A stretch of 64,000 nt of DNA, from NCBI GenBank assembly GCA_038087875.1, contig CM075999.1, positions 2,110,001-2,174,000 on the forward strand, in the 5' to 3' direction. Under the pieces are notes generated by a model that saw only the letters and a program-made list of their open reading frames with translations, ran no database searches and had not been told where the DNA came from. The translations under genes were made by a program, and so were the position numbers. This stretch comes from Malacoraja senta. Taxonomy: Eukaryota. Of the stretch, positions 12,200-24,724 are shown piece by piece. Numbering within the stretch: position 1 is the stretch's first letter; every line of letters begins with the position of its first letter.

Positions 12200-12660
12200 T
12201 AGAGTCACAGAGAGATGCAGCGTGGAAACAGGCCCTTCGGCCCAACTTGCCCACACTAGTCAACATGTCCCAGCTACACTCGTCCCACCTGCCTGCATTT
12301 GGCCCATATCCGTCCAAACCTGGCCTATCCAATTACCTGTCTTACTGCTTCTTAAACATTGGGATAGTCCCAGCCTCAACTACCTCCTCTGGCAGCTTGT
12401 TCCATGCACCCGCCACCCTTTGTGTGAAAAAGTTCCTGTTAAATCATTTCCCCTTCATCTTAAACCCATGTCCTCTGGTTCTCGATTCCCCTACTCTGGG
12501 CAAGAGACTCTGTGCATCTGCACGATCTATTCCTCTCATGATTTTATACACCTCTATAAGATCACCCCTCATCCTCCTGCGCTCCAAGGAATAGAGTCCC
12601 AGCCTGCTCAGCCTCTCCCTGTAGCTCAGAGACATCTAGTCCTGGCAACATCCTCGTAAA
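12200..12660 (-). mobile_element. CR1 (HER1-like) 3' end
   Basis: [32 protein letters not shown]; tail GGGCCGAAGGGCCTGTTTCCACGCTG shared with the V-SINE. Confidence 0.9.
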
Positions 12661-13414
12661 AAGGACTATTTTTCGAAAGACAGTTCCCAGTTTCAATAAT
12701 GGAAAGCTCTCTGTCTCAATTCTAATCTTTTCCAGTCAAGTTATGGCAAAGAAATGTGAATAATTAATAAATTATCATATGAATAATTCATTTTCCCAAT
12801 GCTGGGATTACTAGAATGCCATTTTATCATTATTAAGAATATGCAGGATAATAAATGTTGGCTGGGATCACAGAATCGTCATCAGTCACTTCACGCTAAT
12901 TTGTATCCACTGGTGATTTAGATTATTATATCTTTTTACACATAATTTTCACGATTCATTCCTGTCTTTGCTTTCTAGCTATGATAAAATTGCGAAAGGA
13001 ACGAGGGTTTACAATGAAGATAAAGCATTAAACAAAATCAATAATACAAGAGGCTTCATGACAAAGCCATTTCTGTCTCCTCACCCTGTCATTTGCTGTT
13101 ATTTTAACAAAACTGATAGTGTTTTATGCTGCGTGCCTTGGGACGAGAAATGGCTGGTGGAAACTCACACCCAGAGGATGCGGAGGACAGCATTTCCTGA
13201 GTAGTTGTCATAAAACAGTTCAGGTGCACAAGACAGTGTTACGTGTTTACACTGCCTTGTACATGTAACCATATCTTGAGGTAAATTAATCTGTCATTAC
13301 TAGTAAACATTGACATGCTCGTGGCTTTGACTAGTGACACCACTGTCACGTCAGAAGTATCAGGAAACTGTACTTCTGCATACACTATGCTGGTACACTA
13401 TGCTGCGTACACTA

Positions 13415-13937
13415 TGAAGGACATTATAGCCATAGAGGGAGTGCAGAGAAGGTTCACCAGACTGATTCCTGGGATGTCAGGACTTTCATATGAAGAAAGA
13501 CTGGATAGACTTGGCTTATACTCGCTAGAATTTAGGAGGTTGAGAGGGGATCTTATAGAAACGTACAAAATTCTTATGGGGTTGGACAGGCTAGATGCAG
13601 GAAGATTGTTCCCGATGTTGGGGAAGTCCAGGACAAGGGGTCACAGCTTAAGGATAAGGGGGAAATCCTTTAGGACCGAGATGAGGAAAAACTTTTTCAC
13701 ACAGAGAGTGGTGAATCTCTGGAATTCTCTGCCACAGAGGGTAGTTGACGCCAGTTCATTGGCTATATTTAAGAGGGAGTTAGATGTGGCCCTTGTGGCC
13801 AAAGAGATCAGGGGGTATGGAGAGAAGGCAGGTACAGGATACTGAGTTGGATGATCAGCCATGATCATATTGAATGGCGGTGCAGGCTCGAAGGGCCGAA
13901 TGGCCTACTCCTGCACCTATTTTCTATGTATCTATGT
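13415..13937 (+). mobile_element. CR1 LINE 3' end
   Basis: [19 protein letters not shown]...RVVNLWNSLP...GYGEKAGTGY* open to the natural stop. Confidence 0.95.
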
Positions 13938-14684
13938 AATCTTCCTTTGACATTTTCTTCTCGACCCCCAGAGTGTGGACCTCTTGTGGCACATGTGTCT
14001 GTGCTTGGTTCATTTGTTCATAAGTTTCAGGTCAGGTCGGGGGTGAGTCCCCCCCCCGCCACGGGTACCATGTAATCCCGCGCTACCTGCTCCATGGCCG
14101 GATAGTCGGCGACTAAACCGTCTCCCCCATCCCTGGTTTGCCAGGTGAGGAGGGGGCTGTGGACCCCCAGCAGGACCAAAAACAAGACCTGCCAAAGGGC
14201 GGGTGAGCTTCTAGCGAGCCAACGGCCATCCACACTTCAGTAGAAGTTGCGATCACTGTCGTACACGGCATTGTAAGGAATGATGATAAAAGCACACACA
14301 CACCAACATCCTATACTTCCAGCGACGGATGTCCACAGGAACTGGAGGACAGAGATGTCTGGTGCGTCCGTCACCGTTCCCGTCGGAAACCAGCGCCACT
14401 GCGTCGCTAATGTTTTCAACGATGATGAATGAATGAACCATAAGTTCTAGGAGCAGAATAAGGCCATTCGCCCCCTCGATTCTACTCCGCCATTCAATCG
14501 TGGCTGATCTATCTCCCCCTCTCAACACCATTGTCCTGCCTTCTCCCCATGAACCCTGACACCTGAACTAATCGAGAATCTTGTCCACACTTTTCATCAC
14601 TGTGCAAGTTAATGCATGTCAACACTAGCGATCTCAAACTGCAGAATCTTCATTTCCATGTGAAAGCACTCGGAGCTAACTAGA

Positions 14685-15065
14685 TCAAGGCCAGCAGCAT
14701 AATCAAGGACGAGTCGCACCCCGGCCACTCCCTCATCTCCCCTCTCCCATCGGGCAAAAGGTACAGAAGTGTGAAAACACACACCTCCAGATTCAGGGAC
14801 AGTTCCTTCCCAGCTGTTATCAGGCAACTGAACCATCCTACCACAACCAGAGAGCGGTCCTGAACTACTATCTACCTCTTTGGTGAACCTTGACCGGACT
14901 TTGCTGGCTTTACCTTGCACTAAACGTCATTCCCATATCATGTATCTGTACACTGTAAATGGCTCGATTATAATCATGTATTGTCTTTCCGCTGACTGGA
15001 TAGCACGCAACAAAAGCTTTTCACTCTACCTCGGCACACGTGACAATAAACTAAATTGGACTGAA
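14685..15065 (+). mobile_element. Rex1/Babar LINE 3' end
   Basis: KASSIIKDESHPGHSL...RFRDSSFPAVIRQLN plus UTR ending GTGACAATAAACTAAA. Confidence 0.85.
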
Positions 15066-15775
15066 GGGGTTAAAACTCCCTACAGTACGCCATTGACGCA
15101 TCTTAATTTATGAACTTGGAGCGTGTAGGAAAGAACTGCAGATGCTGGTTTAAATCGAAGATAGACACAAAATGCTGGAGTAACTCAGCGGGACAGGCAG
15201 CATCTCTGGAGAGAAGGAATGGGTGACGCTACGGGTCGAGACCCGTGAACCCTCCACCATTCGATCATGGCTGATCTATCTTTCTCTCTCAACCCCATTC
15301 TCCTTTCTTCACCTTTGACACCTTTACTAATCATGAACCTATCAATCTCTGCTTTAAAACACACCCAATGACTTGGCCTCCACTGCCGTATGCGCAATGA
15401 ACTCAGCAGATTGATGTTTGTAATGTTTATTGTCTGATCTTCATCCACTCATCCTGTCTGATGATTATTGTTGATAGTTTTTAACTCTGCTACAGACTTT
15501 GGAAGTGAATGCCACAATCACTTAATTATGTGAAGCATCAGGAAGCATTTCTAACCTTTCATCGTTTGAAGGCACACTGTTATATCACGCTGTGTCATTC
15601 TAATAAGTTAAGTTTGTGTTTAGTAAGAAAGTAATGTTGATGTTATTGCACAACTGAAAAGTGCTGCTACATCAGGACTCCAGCAATCCCAGCTACACCC
15701 TGACCATGGATGATGCCGGTCTAGAGACCTGCACACATTTTCTACACCTTCTATGGCTTTCTCCCGGGTGCTCCA

Positions 15776-16795
15776 GTTTGGTTTGGTTGGGTTGGGTTGG
15801 GCTGGGTTGATTTGGTTGTGTTGGGTTGGGTTGTGATGGGTTGGTTGGGTTGAGATGGGTTGGTTGGGTTGGGTTGGGTTGGGATGGGTTGGGTTGGGTT
15901 GGGTTGGGTTGGGTTGGGTTGAGATGGGTTGGGTTGGGTTGGGTTGGGTTGAGATGGGTTGGGTTGGGTTGGGTAGGGATGGGTTGGGTTGGGTTGGGTT
16001 GGGTTGGGTTGGGTTGAGTTGGGTTGGGTTGGGTTGGGTAAGGATGGGTTGGGTTGAGATGGGTAGGGTTGGGTTGTGATGGGTTGGTTGGGTTGAGATG
16101 GGATGGGTTGGGTTGGGTTGGGTTGGGTTGGGTTGGGTTGGGTTGGGTTGGGTTGAGTTGGGTTGGGTTGAGTTGGGTTGGGTTGGGATGGGTTGGTTGG
16201 GTTGAGATGGGTTGGGTTGGGTTGGGTTGGGATGGGTTGGGTTGGGTTAGGTTGATTTGGTTGTGTTGTGTTGGGTTGTGTTGGGTTGGGTTGGATTGGG
16301 TTGGGTTGGGTTGGGTAAGGATGGGTTGGGTTGAGATGGGTAGGGTTGGGTTGTGATGGGTTGAGTTGGGTTGGGTTGGGATGGGTTGGTTGGGTTGAGT
16401 TGGGTTGGGTTGGGATGGTTGGGTTGGGTTGGGTTGGGTTGAGTTGGGTTGGGTTGGGTTGGGTTGGGTTGAGATGGGTTGGGTTGGGTTGGGTTGGTTG
16501 AGTTGGGTTGGGTTGGGTTGGATTGGGTTGGGTTGGGTTGAGTTGGGTTGGGTTGGGTTGGGTAAGGATGGGTTGGGTTGAGATGGGTAGGGTTGGGTTG
16601 TGATGGGTTGGTTGGGTTGAGATGGGATGGGTTGGGTTGGGTTGAGTTGGGTTGGGTTGGGATGGGTTGGGTTGGGTTGGGTTGAGTTGGGTTGGGTTGG
16701 GTTGAGATGGGTTGGGTTGGGTTGGGTTGGGTTGGCTTGGCTGAGGTTGGGTTGGGTTTGGTATGGTATGGTTTGTTGTTTTTGTTTGGTTTGAT
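15776..16795 (+). repeat. (GGGTT)n degenerate pentanucleotide satellite, ~1 kb
   Basis: Directly visible; variants GAGAT, GAGTT, GGGAT, GGGTA. Confidence 0.97.
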
Positions 16796-17009
16796 TTAGT
16801 TTAGTTTATTGTCATGTGTACCGAGGTATAGAGAAAAGCTTTTTGTTTCATGCTATCCAGTCGTCAGAAAGACTATAGAATAATTATTACAATAAAGCCA
16901 TCAGTGTACAGATACAGGATAAAGGGAATAATCTTTAATGCAAGATAATGTCCAGTAAAATCCGATGAAAGATAGTCCGGGGGTCTCCAATGAGGTAGAT
17001 GGACTACAG

Positions 17010-17760
17010 AAGGTGGACTACAGAAGGCCTAGGGGCTGCACACACACCCCCATCCATATTAACGGGACGGAGGTGGAACATGTTTCCAGCTTCAGGTTTC
17101 TGGGGTTCAACATCTCTGATGACCTCTCTCGGACCCACAATACCTCAACACTGGTCAAGAAGGCTCACCAGCATCTCTTTTCCCTGAGGAGACTAAAGAA
17201 GGTCCATCTGTCTCCTCAGATTCTGGTGAACTTCTACCGCTGCACCATCGAGAGCATCCTTACCAACTGTATCACAGTATGGTACGGCAACTGCTCTGTC
17301 TCCGACCGGAAAGCACTGCAGAGGGTGGTGAAAACTGCCCAACGCATCACCGGTTCCTCACTCCCCTCCATTGAGTCTGTCCAAAGCAAGCGGTGTCTGC
17401 GAAGGGCGCGCAGCATCGTCAAGGACTGCTCTCACCCCAGCCACAGACTGTTTACCCTCCTCCCATCCAGGAGGCGCTACAGGTCTCTCCGTTGCCGGAC
17501 CAGCAGGTTCAGGAACTGCTTCTTCCCTGCGGCTGTTACACTACTGAACTCTGCACCTTGGTGATTGCCAGTCGCCCCCCCCCCCCCCGGACACTCCTTC
17601 CCCCAGTAATATTGCACTACTGCTACTGTTTGTACATATATATATGTTACTGTTCCATTATTCTATGTTCGCTCTTCTGGGTGAGATGCTAACTACATTT
17701 CGTTGTCTCTGTACTCTACACTGCACAATGACAATAAAGTTTGAATCTGAATCTTGAATC
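17010..17760 (+). mobile_element. Rex1/Babar LINE 3' ORF fragment nested in an oppositely oriented Rex1 tail
   Basis: NFYRCTIESILTNCITVWYGNCS...LQRVVKTAQRITG...SRFRNCFFPAAVTLLN; (TTGAATC) tail; flanked by minus-strand Rex1 UTR 16795-17000 and 17765-17845. Confidence 0.9.
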
Positions 17761-18154
17761 GGAAGGTCAGGACCACTCTCTAGATGGTGAGAGGACAGTT
17801 CAGTTGCCTGATATCTGCTGGGAAGAAACTGTCCGTGAATCTGGTGGTCATTGCTCTTCAGAGGTTTACAGTGGAATAATCAGTAGGATTGGGAAAATAA
17901 TCTTAACATTCTTCACACAACTTTGTGTGATCTAAGCCCTGAAACTTCAAACAGTGAACTCTCACGGGTGGATTTCTGAGGGTCAATTATCCATTGAACT
18001 ATCTACCTGTTTCGTAACTTCTTGTTAGATTTTTTATTTTCACAGGAAGTGGTGATACAGTGGGGCCCCGGCAGCCACCACCCTCTACATCAAAACTGGC
18101 TCCGCACACCGCCTTTAAACGTTGTCCTTCTCACCTTAAAACTGTGCCCTCCAG

Positions 18155-18458
18155 GCCCAGTGGCACAACGGTAGAGTTGCTGCCTCACAGCGCTGGAGAC
18201 TCAGGTTCGATCCTGACTACGGATGCTGTCTGTGTGGAGTTTGCACGCTCTCCCTGTGACTGTGTGTGGGTTTTCTCCGGGTGCTCTGGTTACCTCCCAC
18301 ACTGCAAAGACGCACAGGTTTGTAGGTTAATTGGCTTCTGTGAATTGTCCATGTAAACAGTGTGTCGGATAGTGCTAGTGTACGGGTGATCATTGATCTG
18401 CATGCTCGGTGGGCCGAAGGGCCTGTTTCCACGCTGTATCTCCAAACTGAACTAAACT
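18155..18458 (+). mobile_element. V-SINE
   Basis: A/B boxes, V domain, CR1-like tail. Confidence 0.85.
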
Positions 18459-18555
18459 CCCACTTGCTCTCTCCACCACCCCCCCCCCCCACCCCTTCCC
18501 GCCCCAATCAGTCTGAGGAAGGGTCCTGACTCGAAACGTCATCTATCTAGATTGT

Positions 18556-18908
18556 GCTAGTTGCAGGAAGATTGTTCCCGATGTTGGGGAAGTCCAGGAC
18601 AAGGGGTCACAGTTTAAGGATAAAGGGGAAATCCTTTAGGACCGAGATGAGAAAAACATTTTTCACACAGAGAGTGGTGAATCTCTGGAACTCTCTGCCA
18701 CAGAAGGTAGTTGAGGCCAGTTCATTGGCTATATTTAAGAGTGAGTTAGATGTGGCCCTTGTGGCTAAAGGGATCAGGGGGTATGGAGAGAAGGCAGGTA
18801 CAGGATACTGAGTTGGATGATCAGCCATGATCATATTGAATGGCGGTGCAGGCTCGAAGGGCCGAATGGCCTACTCCTGCACCTATTTTCTATGTTTCTA
18901 TGTTTCTA
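18556..18908 (+). mobile_element. CR1 LINE 3' end inserted in a PLE-derived repeat
   Basis: GRLFPMLGKSRTRGHSL...; host repeat continues either side (CGAAACGTCATCTATC / CCATGTTCTCCAGAGATGC). Confidence 0.9.
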
Positions 18909-18941
18909 TCCATGTTCTCCAGAGATGCTACCAAACTCTCT

Positions 18942-19222
18942 TTTAGTTTAGTTTAGAGATACAGAACAGAATAGAGATACTGCCCACTGTGTCCGCGCCG
19001 ACCAGCGATCCCCGCACACTAACACCGTCCGACACACACAAGGGACCATTTACAATTATACCAAACCAATTAGCCGACAAACCTGTACGGCAACTGGAGA
19101 AAACCCACGCAGGTCACGGGGAGAACGTACAGATTCCGTACAGACAGCACCCGTAGTCAGGATCGAACCCGGGTCTCTGGCGCTGTAAGGCAGCAACTCT
19201 ACCGCTGTGCCACCGTGCCACC
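18942..19222 (-). mobile_element. V-SINE
   Basis: Reverse complement of consensus. Confidence 0.85.
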
Positions 19223-19289
19223 CTAGTTACTGCTGTTACTCCAGGACTTTGTATGTCCTTTGAAATTGATACCAGGCGTCCTTTCATCA

Positions 19290-19820
19290 GTTCATAGGTT
19301 CATTATTGATAGGACCATTCGGCCCATCAAGTCTACTCCGCCATTCAATCACGGCTGATCTATCTCTCCCTCCTAACCCCATTCTCCTGCCTTCCCCCCA
19401 TAACCTCTGACACCCGTACTAATCAAGAATCTATTTATCTCTGCTTAAAAATATCCATTGACTTGGCCTCCACAGCCGTCTGTGGCAATGAATCCCACAG
19501 ATTCTGACTAAAGATATTCCTCCTCATCTCCTTCCTAAAGGAAGCTCCCTTAATTCTGAGGCTGTGACCTCTGGTCCTAGACTCTCCCACCAGTGGAAAC
19601 ATCCTCTCCACATCCACTCTGTCCAGGCCTTTCACCATTCGGTAAAGTTTCAATGAGTTTCCCCCCCCCCCCCTCCCTCATCCTTCTAAACTCCAGCGAG
19701 TACAGGCCCAGTGCCGTCAAACGCTCTTCATTGTCCGTTAAGCCACCGATTCCTGGGAAACCTCCTCTGGACCCTCTCCAGCGCCGGCACATCCTTCCTC
19801 AGATACGGGGCCCCAAATGC
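19290..19820 (-). mobile_element. CR1 LINE 3' end (second subfamily)
   Basis: VKGLDRVDVERMFPLVGESRTRGHSLRIKG. Confidence 0.9.
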
Positions 19821-20369
19821 TTCATGGAATATTTAGTTCCAATCTTTCCCCTCAATGAGTGCCTTTCACTTCCTCCAGCTTCAATGTTAGCACAAGTGCT
19901 GACATGAAGATGGGGGTCTGATTAGGATTCACACTGCATCAGCCTATAACATTAAATTAACACCAACAACAAAAAAATATGGTTATGAGTTGCAATTTAG
20001 TGAGCAATCAAGCATAATTGCCATTGCAAAACAAACTATTAGGATGCTGCAGTGTCTCGCGGTGTGGTGGGATGTGATGTTGTAAGCTTCAGGCTACTGT
20101 GTCAGATGGGAGTCGCAGGTGGTGTTCCATATGTACATCTCGGTTCACCTGCTAATCTGCAGTCTGAATTGCAACTGTCCGAATGCTAAATTAATTAGAG
20201 CCCTCAAGGCTTTCTCATTGTTAATGACTTTGCTCCGAGAAGATGATCAGCCTAGCAGGGATTAACATGTCCTACATTGTGGGATGAGACTCATGGAGAC
20301 ATTTCACTTGTTTAAGAAAGAACTGCAGATGCTGGTAAAATCGAAGGTAGACACAAAAAGCTGGAGTGA

Positions 20370-20812
20370 AGCCCCTGTCCCACTTTCCCGAGTTACTCAC
20401 GAATTCTCCCGAGTTTTCCCCTTGATTCAAACTCGGAGATGCCAGCCATAGGTACTCGGGGGCTATTTTTTTTACTCGTGGACATTTTTCAACATGCTGA
20501 AAAAATTGTCCGATCTTACCTGATGCCCCGAGTACCTACGGGGGGCATAAAGAGCCGGGGTGGGAGATTGCAACCTTCACGTCTGTGGTCCGCCCTGTTT
20601 CGACGAATGCAATCAACCTGGCGTGCACAATCGGAAGATCAAATAGAACAAGTTGTCCTACAACTTTAGGCTGTGCACGCCATACGCAAGAAGAAGAAGC
20701 ATAAAGAGCAGCTACGATATATCCACGGACTCCTACGGACATTCTCCGGGTTTGTATCAAGGGGAAAACTCGGGAGTATTCGTGAGTAACTCGGGAAAGT
20801 GGGACAGGCCCT
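20370..20812. mobile_element. PIF/Harbinger-type MITE inside a PLE-derived repeat
   Basis: Long TIRs CCTGTCCCACTTTCCCGAGTTACTCACGAAT / ATTCGTGAGTAACTCGGGAAAGTGGGACAGG. Confidence 0.8.
20556..20698 (+). mobile_element. Short non-autonomous retroelement with 5' HDV-like ribozyme (copy 1)
   Basis: TSD GCATAAAGAGC 20545-20555 / 20699-20709; (GAA)n tail; ribozyme-like 20557-20614 with a 4-nt insertion in L3. Confidence 0.85.
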
Positions 20813-21304
20813 TTACTCATCGGGTGAGGCAGCATCTATGGAGAGAAGGAATTGGCGACGTTTCGGGTCTGAAGAAGGGTCTCGACCCGATTCCTTCTCT
20901 CCATAGATGCTGCCTCACCCGCTGAGACATTTCATTTCCTCCCCATACCCTGATGGTAGCTGACAGGAGTTGGAATCCCCGTACCTTCTCGTTCAAGTCT
21001 CTCACGAACATGTCTACGGAAGCTCCCACACGCGATGATAGAAATGAGACCATCAGGTTTTAGGAATATCCATGCACAATATTGTCCAACCACCTAATCC
21101 AGCTTTTCACTGAAACTCGGTACAGGCGACAATAATCAACTCAACTCAGCTAAACTAAACCAAATTAAACAAATAAATAGCCCCAGAGGGGTAGAAGGGT
21201 CCCAACTTGAAATGTCACCTATCCACATTCTCCAAAGATGCTGCCTGACCCGCTGAGTATTTTATGTACTTTTTTCTAGAAACCGGCATCTACAATTTAG
21301 TTTA

Positions 21305-21375
21305 GTTTAATAATAATAATAATAATAGATTTTATTTATATAGGGCTTTTCAGGACTCAAAGTCGCTTTACATTG
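21305..21375 (-). mobile_element. L2 LINE 3' terminus
   Basis: Minus strand TGTAAAGCGACTTTGAG...TATATAAATAAAA..(TAT)n, typical L2 end. Confidence 0.6.
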
Positions 21376-21437
21376 AGAGTCAAGAAGAAACAAAACAAAA
21401 TAGAGCAGTAAGACAGAGATGCAAAGGGGAGGGGATA

Positions 21438-21755
21438 CAGTTTAGAGATACAGTGCAGAAACAGGCCCTTTCGGCCCGCCGGGTCCGCGCCGACCAGCGA
21501 TCCCCGCACATTAACACTATCCTATACGCACTAGGCACAATTTTTTTTTTACATTTACCAAGCCAAGTAATGTATTTGGAGTGCATGTCTTTGGAGTGTG
21601 GGAGGAAACTGAAGATCTCGGAGAAAACCCACGCAGGTCACGGGGAGAACGTACAAACTCCGTACAGACAGCGCCCGTGGTAGGGATCGAACCCGGGTCT
21701 CCGGCGCTGCATTCGCTGTAAGGCAGCAACTCTACCCGCTGCGCCACCGGGCCGC
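21438..21755 (-). mobile_element. V-SINE
   Basis: Reverse complement of consensus. Confidence 0.9.
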
Positions 21756-22163
21756 CAGTTCCTTGTGTCTACCATGCTGGGTTTGATCTTCATCTCGGAT
21801 CCTGCCTGTGTGGAGTTTGCACGTTCTCCCTGTGGCCGCGTGGGTTTGCTCCGGGCGGTCCGGATTCCTCCCACATGCCAAAGAGGTGCGGGTTTGTAGG
21901 TTTGGTGACTTCTGCAAATTGACCCGAATGTGTAGGGCGGGGACGTGAAAGTGGGATAACATAGAACTAGCGTGACCATTGTGATCGATGGTCGGCATGG
22001 ATATGGTGGGCCAAAGGGCCTGGTTTTTTCCATCAATGAATCACAAAAGATATTGGGTGGTGGTTGGCCTATGACAGGGCTTGTAATTCATGTGCCTTCT
22101 TTGTAAGATGCAGACACAGTGAACTGCAGATGCTGGTTTGCAAACAAAAAAGATATGAAATGC

Positions 22164-22865
22164 CGGAGTAACTCAGCGGGTCAGGCAGCATCTGTGGAGA
22201 ACATGGATAGGTGATGTTTCACAGAGTGCTGGAGTAACTCAGCGGGCCAGGCAGCATCTGTGGAGAACATGGATAGGTGACGTTTCACAGAGTGCTGGAG
22301 TAACTCAGCGGGTCAGGCAGCATCTGTGGAGAACATGGATAGGTGACGTTTCACAGAGTGCTGGAGTAACTCAGCGGGCCAGGCAGCATCTGTGGAGCGA
22401 AGGAAATGGGCAACCTTTCGGGCCGAAACCCTGAAGGAAATAGGCAACGTTTCGGGCCGAAACCCGGAAGGGTTTCCGGCCGAAACGTTGCCTATTTCCT
22501 TCGCTCCATAGATGCTGCCGCACCCGCTGAGTTTTTCCAGCATTTTGGTCTACCTTATCATTTATAGTGTGGTTCCGTATAGCTTACAAAGCACAGAAGT
22601 ACACTGTGCCAGAGTAACTCAGCGGGTCAGGCAGCATCTGTGGAGAACATGGATAGGTGACGTTTCACAGAGTGCTGGAGTAACTCAGCGGGTCAGGCAG
22701 CATCTGTGGAGAATATCGATAGGTGACGTTTCACAGAGTGCTGGAGTAACTCAGCGGGTCAGGCAGCATCTGTGGAGAACATGGATAGGTGACGTCTCAC
22801 AGAGTGCTGGAGTAACTCAGCGGGTCAGGCAGCATCTGTGGAGAACATGGATAGGTGACGTTTCA
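22164..22865. repeat. 66-bp tandem arrays derived from the PLE terminal repeat (22164-22400, 22612-22865)
   Basis: Unit CAGAGTGCTGGAGTAACTCAGCGGGTCAGGCAGCATCTGTGGAGAACATGGATAGGTGACGTTTCA; ACATGG recurs at 22201, 22267, 22333. Confidence 0.9.
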
Positions 22866-23345
22866 TGTCGGGACTCGTCTTCAGACCTTTTTCTTGAAGT
22901 GTGATTATGTGTGACATTTGTAGAGATTTGAAAATGTTGAAATCTTCCAGCAGAAGTAGCTCAATGTCTCCAGAAAGACATTGATTATCTATACGAGACT
23001 GGATTGCCCTTTTGTTAGTCTGTTAGTCTGTCAATAAAACACAATCCCATCCTCCTTACCAATGTAAGCGCTGTATTGTCGCCTCTTGCCAAAGCAAATA
23101 ACAAATGCAAAAAGCATCCTTTCCAGTAAGAATAATGTGGCACGGTGGCACAGCTGTAGAGTTGCTGCCTCACAGCGCTGGAGACCCGGGTTCGATCCTG
23201 ACCACGGGCGCCGTCTGTACGGAGTTTGTACCTTCTCCCCGTGACCTGCGTGGGTTTTCTCCGGGAGCTCCGGTTTCCTCCTGCATGCCTGTCGAAATGA
23301 TCAGACTCACATATAGTGATTGTAATCCATAGTCTTTTATTAGCA

Positions 23346-23436
23346 GGTAGACAAAAATGCTGGAGAAACTCAGCGGGTGCAGCGGCATCTATGGAGCGAA
23401 GGAAATAGGTAACGTTTCGGGCCGAAACCCTTCTTC
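23346..23436 (-). mobile_element. Short PLE-derived insertion
   Basis: TSD TTATTAGCA 23337-23345 / 23437-23445. Confidence 0.8.
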
Positions 23437-23582
23437 TTATTAGCAACTCTGCGGAGGAAATACTAGGTGCTTTCATCTCCATGCATTCAGCTGGTCTAAC
23501 TAGAGAGAGGGAGAGAGAGAGAGAGAACTCACTATCAAGCCTGTGGGCGGATCAGCAGTGTGAGTGAAATAGTGAGTGACTT

Positions 23583-23912
23583 TTTCCCGATGTTGGGGAA
23601 GTCCAGAACAAGGGGTCACAGTTTAAGGATAAGGGGGAAGTCTTTTAGGACCGAGATGAGAATTTTTTTTTCACACAGAGAGTGGTGAATCTGTGGAATT
23701 CTCTGCCACAGAAGGTAGTTGAGGCCGGTTCATTGGCTATATTTAAGAGGGAGTTAGGTGTGGCCCTTGTGGCTAAAGAGATCAGGGGGTATGGAGAGAA
23801 GGCAGGTACAGGATACTGAGTTGGATGATCAGTCATGAACATATTGAATGCAGGCTAGAAGGGCCGAATGGCCCGTACCTGCACCTATTTTCTATGTTTC
23901 TATGTTTCTATA
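23583..23912 (+). mobile_element. CR1 LINE 3' end
   Basis: Same sequence as 18556-18908. Confidence 0.9.
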
Positions 23913-24724
23913 AGGAATGTGCAGCGTGCATAATCTGTGTGGTAACGTATATATATATATATATATAGTACTAACACACTAATCTACAATGCCCCCAGAC
24001 GTACACGTTTGTGGGTTAAATGGCTTGGTGTAAATGTAAATTGTTCCTGATGTGTTTATTATTACTACAGCGGTAGTGTGCGGGGATCGTTGGTCGGCGT
24101 GGACGCGGTGGGCGTGTTTGCGCGCTGTATCTGTAAACTAAACTAAACTAATAAAGTGGAGCGACTGCAATGTGTGGTCCACTTGTGTGACCAGCACACA
24201 AAGAGTCGCCTGGCTTGGACGCCATCTTGGTTGGGATGTTGCTTCATTCAACCCAAGCCTTTGATTTGCATTTCGTGCTCTTGAACAGGTTTTGAACAGA
24301 ATGTTTTTTTTTTAATTCCCAGTTGCAAGTGTGGTAAGCGGAGGAGATTAACACTTGCAGAAGAAGCAAAGGCTTTCATCAATAGTTTTTTATCTGCTTT
24401 GAGAAGGAAGAGGGATATTTCTTGCATCATGAGCTCAATCAAATATTGACCTAATGTTCCACATTGCAACATATATGATTATTCACATCTTTAGATGCCG
24501 ATTAGAAGCATTTGATAGATCTACCATCAGACGGATATATTGTATGTTGACATATTTATTAATCCAACTTGACATTTCTGACTACGCATAATTCTTCACC
24601 CATTTTGAAACACCAAAGTGCTTTCTTTTATCCAGCACATAATCTGCATATATTAATGCTAATACACTAATTTGGATATCACAATATTGCTCAGTTATCT
24701 AAGTTAGTTTTCTGCAGTTGCAAA

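Noticed and set aside
15826..16356. GWVGL-repeat ORFs
   Set aside because: Translation of the (GGGTT)n satellite
15776..16795. Interstitial telomere
   Set aside because: Unit is the pentamer GGGTT, not TTAGGG
22164..22865. CRISPR-like array
   Set aside because: Units are wholly repeated with no unique spacers, no cas genes, vertebrate context
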